DNA of 64,000 bases from contig OZ024740.1 in NCBI GenBank assembly GCA_964016885.1, positions 54,250,001 to 54,314,000 on the forward strand, written 5' to 3'. This document shows positions 54,971 through 64,000 of this stretch, piece by piece. The notes under the pieces were generated by a model, which saw only the letters and a list, made by a program, of their open reading frames with translations, did no database searches and was not told the origin of the DNA. Position 1 is the first letter of the stretch, and every line of letters starts with the position of its first letter. The translations under genes were made by a program, and so were the position numbers. The DNA comes from Eledone cirrhosa (Eukaryota).

Positions 54971-55058
54971 TTTATTAAAATACCAGATTAAAGTTTAAGC
55001 AAAGAATCGCTGCTTTCACCCTTAACGGGATCTTCTGAAACTAACAAAGTCAATCTGT
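54971..55058 (-). ncRNA. Family B copy: hammerhead-like fold with variant core CAGAAGA
   Basis: acagatt..agttt-CAGAAGA-tccc(gttaa)gggt-GAAA-gca..tgc-TT-aaact..aatctg. Confidence 0.55.
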
Positions 55059-55344
55059 AAACTATATATATCTGTAAAATATATATATATTCAGCGAGAA
55101 TCGTATTTCGTCTGGTAGAAAAAGCGAAACGAAACGCAAAATCATAGAAATGCTGGCAAGCGCTCCAGTAGTTAAGAAAAACTAGAGCTAAACAATATGT
55201 TAAAAAGCCATATAAACTGAAAAGTGCTCAAGAAGGCATTAACCACCTAAGCCAAAAAAACAAATCAAGCTAAACAGGTCAAACAAAATAAATGATATAA
55301 ACAGACCTGGACCCAAGTGCAATTGATGGTAAAATCCAAATGCA

Positions 55345-55551
<207 letters not shown>

Positions 55552-56335
55552 GGTGTGGCTGCCAACTCGTTTTCGAGTACGGCCACTACTTTATATCCAT
55601 GTAGAAGAACCCCAACCGATGCACTGAACGAGTGTGACTTTTTAGTCCAGCCAGCGACTTGAAAACTCTGGTGCAAACACTACACATGTAACAATTATTG
55701 ATACATAGTGCTGCGCCCATGGTACCATGTGACGACAAGTGCAGAGAGATCTCCAGATATAAAGCAATGCCTGTGCCATGAAGCTTTTATAGTGAGCAAA
55801 GGCACTGCACAAAGCCAGTCCCACTCTCTTAACCAAGATGATATTTACCAAAAAGAAGAACAAGTCAACATCATTGGATACCATCAGGGTTGCAGGTGTT
55901 ATATCAGAGTTTTCCTTCTCCTAGAATTCTGCCTTGACAAAGGCTAAGGGGTCATCTCTCCCAGTGATTTTGGATGGCCATTGACTCTTAAGAGCTCCTT
56001 TGCTCTTTGACAGGTTTTGTTTTTAGTCCTGCAGGATGTCCAAAGTCACCCTCCTCACCAAGAAACGTTGGTGGGGTTGCCAGTTTAGTCGCCAACGACC
56101 CGACCATGAGACAGGTTGTACTGTGATACATGTTACCAGTAGCACCAACTCGTGACCTGACATACAGATATATATATATATATATATTTATAAGAGCCCC
56201 TTGAATAAGTATTTGTTGATCTCATACAAGCTTCTACATAACTTGGTATAATTTAACCCAACTTATAATTTCACCAAATCTCATAATGAAACGGGTCGTC
56301 TGGGAAATGATATATTTGATATATCTGATATGAAA

Positions 56336-56525
56336 TAATTGTTTCTACTTTAGGCACAAGGCCAGCAATTATCAAGTACATTACTGGTACTTTATTTTAT
56401 CGACCCCGTAAGGATGAAAGGCAAAGTCAACCTCGGCGGGATTTGAACTCAGATCGTAAAGGGACGTAACTATGCTGGAAAGCATGGCGTCCGACCCTCT
56501 ACCGATACTGCCAATCCACCGCCCT
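56336..56525 (-). mobile_element. SINE type 1 copy
   Basis: Reverse complement of the family sequence, near full length. Confidence 0.88.
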
Positions 56526-56674
56526 ATCTGATATGAAATAATACAGCTAATTTTCCACACGATACAATATGGTTAGCACACCAAACGTTTAATTGGGAAT
56601 ATACTCAGGTATTTCCTAATGTTTGTTTAGTGAGTTGGAGTTTGGCCGGTGTATCGCTTTTAGCTTTCTCTTTT

Positions 56675-56754
<80 letters not shown>

Positions 56755-56829
56755 TACATATATACATACATACATACAGATAATGATATATATACATACA
56801 TTTAATACATACACACATACATACATATA

Positions 56830-56856
<27 letters not shown>

Positions 56857-56866
<10 letters not shown>

Positions 56867-57651
56867 CGTTATCAATAATACAGGGAGAAAAACCACCAGT
56901 GTATGGAATCTATAACCTATGAAAGGCAGACTATAGACACGATAATTAAAAATATAAATTAAAGCGTAAATAAATACCTAACGCACTATATATCTCTCTC
57001 TGGTGTGTTACCTTCTCAACATATTATATTTTAAAGGGCTCAGGATCTCTTCCCCTTTGAGCACATTATTTACAGGGAATAACGACGGCTTATGCCTCCG
57101 TTAATTTATCGTGATATTTCGCTCCTAACAACAGTCTTTCCTATCTCTGTTTGGTTGAGCACACTTCTCTGAGTGGCTTTGGGCTGCCCTTTCTAGCAGT
57201 TCGTCTCTCAGAGGCCACTGGTTCACTGCCCTTAAACACGCTGTGACTTCTCTCTCCCACGTGTAGCTGGACAGTCAATTGTAAAATTCTCTTAGTGTTG
57301 TCTGAAATGTATGGCCTTACACACGCTGATGAACCGAGACTAGACCATTTCTTTCAACAAATTTTCTGGTGAAACATATCTTTGGATTTGTACGTGTGTT
57401 ATATAGTTATAAAGGTATTTATTTACGCTTTAATTTATATTTTTAATTATCGTGTCTATAGTCTGCCTTTCATAGGTTATAGATTCCATACACTGGTGGT
57501 TTTTCTCCCTGTATTATTGATAGCGCACTATATATCTCTCTCTGGTGTGTTACCTTCTCAACATATTATATTTTAAAGGGCTCAGGATCTCTTCCCCTTT
57601 GAGCACATTATTTACAGGGAATAACGTCGGCCTATGCCTCCGTTAATTTAT

Positions 57652-57659
<8 letters not shown>
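56857..57659 (+). mobile_element. ORF-less HHR element: inverted 5' arm plus direct repeat (542 bp period)
   Basis: 56857-56979 is inverted at 57413-57533; 56982-57117 is repeated at 57524-57659; (TA)n flanks. Confidence 0.88.
57319..57399 (+). ncRNA. Type I hammerhead ribozyme
   Basis: acacacg-CTGATGA-acc..ggt-GAAA-catatc(tttg)gatttg-TA-cgtgtgt. Confidence 0.85.
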
Positions 57660-57706
<47 letters not shown>

Positions 57707-57758
57707 TACATACATACATACATACATACATACATACATACATACATACATACATACA

Positions 57759-57789
<31 letters not shown>

Positions 57790-57790
<1 letters not shown>

Positions 57791-59098
57791 AGGTCATCAG
57801 AACTGTCAGCGTACAACAAATACATTGCCCACAATACTTATGCTGTGCCAATTCTAACGCCAACATTTGGCCTGCTGAACTGGTCATTGCAAGAACTAAG
57901 TGAGATGGATGTTAGAACTCGAAAACTTCTCAGTGTTACTGGGAACTTTAACATCAATGGTGATGTGGATAGGCTATACTTCTCACGCAAGGAAGGTGGC
58001 CGGGGTCTAAAATCAATATTAACAACATATGAGACCCGGATAGTAACACTGAAGCAACACCTTCAACAGAGGAAAAAGGTTGGCAACCATCTTGCCCAGG
58101 TTTCTGAGCATGAAAAAAAAATATCATTAGAATAGCGACTGATCTGGAGGAGAGATATGGAATAAAGCCTGATATAAATCTCTCACCCAGAGAAATCGGA
58201 AGATCCTATTCATTGTTCAAAGAAGATAAACAAATTGACCAATTTACAGAAAAAGGATGGATACTTGAGACGTAAAACACAGACCATAGAGGGGATAGAC
58301 CACTCAAAACGCCTGGCATGGAGTTGCGACAAGTTTATGACATCACACCTTGAGGTATATCTCTATGCAATACAGGAACAAGAACTCCCTACCAAATATC
58401 TGCTGCACAAAAGAGGAGGGCCAGCAGCTGACAATAAATGTAGGCTTATTACACAAAGATCGAGGATGTAAGCCACATTGTTGCCAGCTGCGAAAGAATG
58501 TCATCTCGTTACTACCTCCCCATGAGACACGACGGGATAGCTAGAACCATCTGGAACGCACTTCGGAAAACAAAGTTAACAACAAACGAGGAAGAATATA
58601 TTGAGACAGATGGCACTAAGGAATACTGGTGGAACCTGAAAATAAAAACTGCCACCAAATTAAAGCACAACCGACCTGATATTGTTGTTTGGGACCACAC
58701 ATTGAAAACGTGTTCTGTTGTGGAGATCAGCTGCCCACTTGATGTAAAAGTTGTCAGAAAAATACAGGAGAAGGAGGACATCTACGTACCATTGATGAGG
58801 AGTTTACAAATCCAGTATCCAAGATACACCTTTAGCTTCATACCCATCATTATTGGAGCTACAGGTTATATACCAACCCGCTTGGACCAAAGTATGACTG
58901 AACTTGAACTTGGATTTGCGGACAAAAAGCGCAGCTCCCTAATTCATAGTCTACAAATGGCTGCGATAGCTGGCACCTTCAACATTTGCAAAACATTCTT
59001 GCGATTCAAGGGATGACAATTTATTTTCTTTTACAACCTTGCCACCAGGAAGGTGGCCGGTCAAAAAAAATATACTCGAAATTAAAAGAAAGAGAAAA
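57790..59098 (+). mobile_element. R4/Dong-like RLE non-LTR retrotransposon, 5'-truncated and frameshifted
   Basis: DRLYFSRKEGGRGLKS, AIQEQ, RHDGIAR, NRPDIVVWD..VEISCP..EK..Y. Confidence 0.87.
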
Positions 59099-59101
59099 CA
59101 T

Positions 59102-59154
<53 letters not shown>

Positions 59155-59158
<4 letters not shown>

Positions 59159-59353
59159 AACGAGTAGGACCCCGACGGCTGAGCTCAAGCCGTTTCGACG
59201 GCTAATTCTGGAAGGTCCAGAATTAGGCGTCGAAATGTCTTGAGCTCAGCCGTCGGGGTCCTACTCGTTCCTATTACCCACTCTACTACCCTAAGTATTG
59301 AGTACTTTGGTGCGTTATGGTCCACCTGGTTCCTTACCATATTTCCTTCGTTA
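59155..59353 (+). mobile_element. Family A micro-insertion
   Basis: Palindrome 59155-59273 plus tail. Confidence 0.88.
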
Positions 59354-59384
59354 GATATATATATATATATATATATCATTATCT

Positions 59385-59568
59385 GTATTAGCAGTATCGG
59401 TAGAGGGTCGGACGCCTTGCTTTGACGCATAGAGTTACGGCCCTTGCCATTCTGAGTTCAAATCCCGCCGAGGTTAACTTTGCCTTTCATCCTTACGGGG
59501 TCGATAAAATAAAGTACCAGTAATACACTGGATAATTACTGGCCATGTGCCAAAAGTAGAAACAATTA
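59385..59568 (+). mobile_element. SINE type 1 copy
   Basis: Matches the family sequence. Confidence 0.88.
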
Positions 59569-60509
59569 TCTATAAAAGGCAGATTGTTGTTGTGTGTGTG
59601 TGCATGTTCCATGTTTATACATTTGCACAATTTCAAATCGATTCGACTTAAAGTCTGTAAGAATGTTGTAAATGGCCTTACTTTGGTCACCGACTATTTA
59701 CTTCATTCACACTCACCTACACGTACGGAAATAATCTAAAACACCTAATACATGACGCTTTAACCCTCTAATACAATCAGATATCCTCTCTCTACTCCCC
59801 TTAAACTTTAAGAGAGAGAGAGAGAGGGAGAGAGAGAACGTTTGTTTTTGAGTGTGGAACGGTCAAACATTGATTTACTTCAATGACAAAGAGAACTTAT
59901 TACATTTCATACGAAACAACAATTATTCAAAAGCAACAGATAAATTTATTCAACAACAAAAAAATAGCGATAAATCTTTTTTAAAACATCTATCAACGAA
60001 CGTGGAAGAAAGAAGTATCAGTTCATTTACTATACACAATAATATCCTCTATGAGGTCACTAAACCTGCTAGAAACAGCAGCTAACTCTCCCCCATATCA
60101 CACCGCTCCCTACCGTTTTAAATTTAGAAAACATATCCTCTATGAGGTCACTAAGCCTGCTAGAAAGAGCAGCTAACTCTCCCCCATATCACACCCCTCC
60201 CTACTGTCTTAAATTTAGAAAACACACATTAGACAACCATGCAGAACAACTCCATCGCAGCTCTGTTGTTCGGGTGGCATCGTCTACGCGCATGTTGCGC
60301 AAGTACTTTGAAACAATAAATTTCAACACTTCTTTGCACAGAGATAATATCCATAGGCGAAACTACAATTGTCACCTGCTTCGGCAGTCCAGGTCTGCGA
60401 TTCATTCACCCAGTGCCTGGCAGACAAAAAAGTGGTGCCATAAAGTGGGTGGTGCAACCTAACGTTAGGTAACTTACTGACCCCGAGCAACGCCGGGCTT
60501 TAATGCTAG
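59569..60509 (+). mobile_element. Non-autonomous Helitron
   Basis: a|TCTATAAAAG 5' end; cccgagcaacgccggg hairpin and CTAG|t 3' end; internal tandem repeat of about 90 bp (60044-60220). Confidence 0.82.
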
Positions 60510-60519
60510 TATATATATA

Positions 60520-60731
60520 AATGTAATCTGAGTTTTTCGAATATTAATAATAACATCGATTCGTTTGCAATTATGCAAACAAGCCTCAATTTTATAGCCA
60601 TGTCAGTAGAATGCAGTTCTTTTCACATGCCAATACGTCGATAAAATAAAGTACCAGTAATGCACTGGATAATTGCTGGCCTTGTGCCTAACGTAGAAAC
60701 AATTATTAATATTCGAAAAACTCAGATTACA
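60520..60731. repeat. Short inverted repeat (about 30 bp arms) enclosing a SINE type 1 3' end
   Basis: atgtaatctgagtttttcgaatattaataat / attattaatattcgaaaaactcagattacat. Confidence 0.75.
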
Positions 60732-60763
60732 TATATTGTATTCAGCCATGTAGAGCGAAATTT

Positions 60764-60808
<45 letters not shown>

Positions 60809-61012
60809 AATTATGTAAACTATATATATATATATGTGTTTGTGTCTATATTGTATCTGTATTATTTTTGACCGCCGGTCAGTCAAAGGCAACATTGAGG
60901 ACCGAGTAAGTTAGATCGCAGATGTAATAAAAGACAGCGAGAAGCGAAAACCAACCAAACAGTGAGTGTGTTCTGTTGTTAATTCTGGCAATATTACGCA
61001 AATATGACCCTC

Positions 61013-61088
<76 letters not shown>

Positions 61089-61292
61089 GTGAGGTTATTT
61101 TACAAAATGAAAAATAACCGAGGTGTCCTACACGAGTGAAATTATTAAGAAAAAAAGATGAAATCGAAATTGCAAATGTAATCTTATTTAAAAAAATATA
61201 TATATATTTATTTGGTTCCTTTACCGGTTTTGCAGTTCTTCTGCTTTTCAAAAGTAGAGTTGAGATGGAGGGTCTGTGGTTTTTCTCACATC

Positions 61293-61323
<31 letters not shown>

Positions 61324-61471
61324 CTATTTAGGATTGTTGGTTCACCACCGGATAGAATTGGTCATTCCGTATGGTTAATCTCGATGTAATATTATGGAGA
61401 GTACTCAACGTAATGCAGCTCACCCGTCATTGTTTGTGTAGCTGGTGGTTCGAGTACGGAGTTAATTATTA

Positions 61472-61543
61472 TAATAAAATAACAAGAGGCTGGATTTGTG
61501 TAAATCCGGGATTTACACAACCCAGTCTCCTGTTATTTTATTA
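61472..61543. repeat. Near-perfect palindrome at the end of a (TA)n-flanked segment (61325-61545)
   Basis: taataaaataacaagaggctggatttgtgtaaatcc-g-ggatttacacaacccagtctcctgttattttatta. Confidence 0.85.
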
Positions 61544-61562
61544 CATATATATATATATATAT

Positions 61563-61670
<108 letters not shown>

Positions 61671-61956
61671 GTGTGTGTTTCTAAATATATTGTTAATAAC
61701 TCCCTCTGGTCGAGCAATCTTTGAGGTGTGGGGACAACTGGAAAGCTTCCATTACTCATACTTCTAGCCTTCTTCACCACCTCTTCTGCGGCCTCGATAT
61801 GAATACCCCCTCCGCCTCTGTGGTATTTTCTTCGTGGTTATAAGAGGCTTAGCTCTGTTTCTCGACCGTTATATCGCGTGACTATCTCCCCCTCCGCCTT
61901 TTGGGATTCTTTCTCACGTCGTGTAGACGCGTTCTTGAGACTAGTAAAATGAGGTA

Positions 61957-62046
61957 TCCTCTTGATAAGTCGGCAGACCTCGCAGGGACTCTATATCTTT
62001 ATGATATATTGTTTTTGTTTATGCCACGAAACTACGTAGTCGAGGA
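61957..62046 (+). ncRNA. Type I hammerhead ribozyme, U3-A8 core variant, copy 1
   Basis: tcctc-TTGATAA-gt(c)ggca..tgccac-GAAA-ctacgtag-TC-gagga. Confidence 0.82.
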
Positions 62047-62551
62047 ATTTAGGAGCAGTTTAGGTATGATACATTTTATTACTAATTATATCTAAATGTT
62101 TCTTCTCTCTTCATAATGTATTTTTAACTCTGATACTGGTTCAGTCTAGTTCAACTGAATTGGTCTGTCCCGGTTATTCATTGAGCAACATCGGTGAAGT
62201 TGGCACCCTTAACTGACAGTTGGGTGCGGATGCATTCATGTATATATGTGTGTGTCCGCATGTATCTGTGTGTTTCTAAATATATTGTTAATAACTCCCT
62301 CTGGTCGAGCAATCTTTGAGGTGTGGGGACAACTGGAAAGCTTCCATTACTCATACTTCTAGCCTTCTTCACCACCTCTTCTGCGGCCTCGATATGAATA
62401 CCCCCTCCGCCTCTGTGGTATTTTCTTCGTGGTTATAAGAGGCTTAGCTCTGTTTCTCGACCGTTATATCGCGTGACTATCTCCCCCTCCGCCTTTTGGG
62501 ATTCTTTCTCACGTCGTGTAGACGCGTTCTTGAGACTAGTAAAATGAGGTA

Positions 62552-62641
62552 TCCTCTTGATAAGTCGGCAGACCTCGCAGGGACTCTATATCTTTATGAT
62601 ATATTGTTTTTGTTTATGCCACGAAACTACGTAGTCGAGGA
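62552..62641 (+). ncRNA. Type I hammerhead ribozyme, U3-A8 core variant, copy 2
   Basis: Same as copy 1, 595 nt downstream. Confidence 0.82.
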
Positions 62642-62713
62642 ATTTAGGAGCAGTTTAGGTATGATACATTTTATTACTAATTATATCTAAATGTTTCTTC
62701 TCTCTTCATAATG

Positions 62714-62762
<49 letters not shown>

Positions 62763-62788
62763 ATATATATGTGTGTGTGTATGTGTGC

Positions 62789-62868
<80 letters not shown>

Positions 62869-63282
62869 GTATATGTATGTATATATATATATATGTATAT
62901 ATATATGTATATATATATATAGACACCATTCAACCATTCCTTTCAAAGGGTCATGACCTCAACTAAAGTGAATTATTTTTGATCCTAATATCATATGGAA
63001 AAAGACAATCTGATTGGTTAGTTCTTCAGCTACCTCCAATTAAGGTCATAGAACAAAACATAATACTAATTTACTACTAATTTTGAAAAAAATTCTTATT
63101 GCTTTTGACAACAGCTGGTGATATGCATGTAAGTAAATGTTCTCTTTATCTGATATTTCGTAACTAACCTTACATAGATCGATAACGAAGTATATTTACA
63201 ATGTATTATCATCACCTAGAAACGATCGTAAAGCACTGAAGTATATTTCTAAGGACTTGATTATTTATTTCATTGTTTTAAC

Positions 63283-63313
<31 letters not shown>

Positions 63314-63315
63314 CA

Positions 63316-63411
<96 letters not shown>

Positions 63412-63458
63412 TTGTGTGTATATATATAAATATATACACGTATATATATAAAGACACT

Positions 63459-63507
<49 letters not shown>

Positions 63508-64000
63508 TTCAATGCTTACATTAAACGAGACAATGTTTTTCACATTTAGGTGACATGTGAGGTTTTAATATTGGAAACTTATCCCTAAGAGTTATTAATT
63601 TAATCGTTTTCAGTTTGTTGTTTGATTTGGGCGGAGAGATCCCTAGCGTTTTACCGCACCTGTCACATAAAATGAGAAGACAACAAACAAAATATAGTTT
63701 ACATCTGAGACTAAGTTTGGTTTTTAAATATTTCTCGCAATAAAAGTGATTTAAATCACACTTGACGCAAAAAAAAAAAAAATCTACATATATAAAAAAA
63801 AATATACATATAACATGTCCGGGATGAACTACAAGGGCTCCGCTCAAAGGGAGCATTGACTATGTTGTTATATTTAAGGAATTATTTCCAAATGTGTATA
63901 TTATCCAGTATCTATATATTCCATTTCTTAGAGAGTTAGGTGTAATTTAAAGATGTCCTTGCTGCTATATCTGGAATGTTGTATGGCCTTATAATGGCGT

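Larger units (their letters stand above)
61672..62716 (+). mobile_element. Retrozyme-like tandem element: 595 bp period, two HHRs, no ORF
   Basis: 61672-62121 is repeated, apparently identically, at 62267-62716; (TA)n flanks. Confidence 0.88.

Noticed and set aside
55552-56165. (TA)n-flanked GC-richer insert, possibly a LINE 5' UTR fragment
   Set aside because: No diagnostic motif I can support

Overview
This is AT-rich, repeat-dominated eukaryotic non-genic DNA; the tRNA-derived SINE types, the RTE with a (GAT)n tail and the heavy (TA)n load suggest a cephalopod such as octopus, which is inference. I could not support any host exon. The window holds decayed mobile elements: several Penelope-like retroelement (PLE; RT plus GIY-YIG) fragments, a full-span but disrupted Helitron (17265-22910) and two non-autonomous Helitrons, RTE, Tx1/L1, CRE-like and R4-like LINE pieces, and many SINEs. 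The main signal is not in the ORF track. About a dozen short, sequence-unrelated elements sit inside (TA)n tracts and share one architecture: a type I hammerhead ribozyme (HHR), a roughly 60-125 nt tail, and an inverted and/or tandem partial copy that stops at an internal TA-rich motif fused to the flanking (TA)n. Several are ORF-less tandem arrays with 510-595 bp periods that resemble retrozymes. One (61672-62716) has two apparently identical HHRs 595 nt apart and could release a unit-length, possibly circular, RNA. The HHR cores include non-canonical variants (UUGAUAA, CUGAGAA, CAGAAGA). All folds were made by eye and no activity has been shown.
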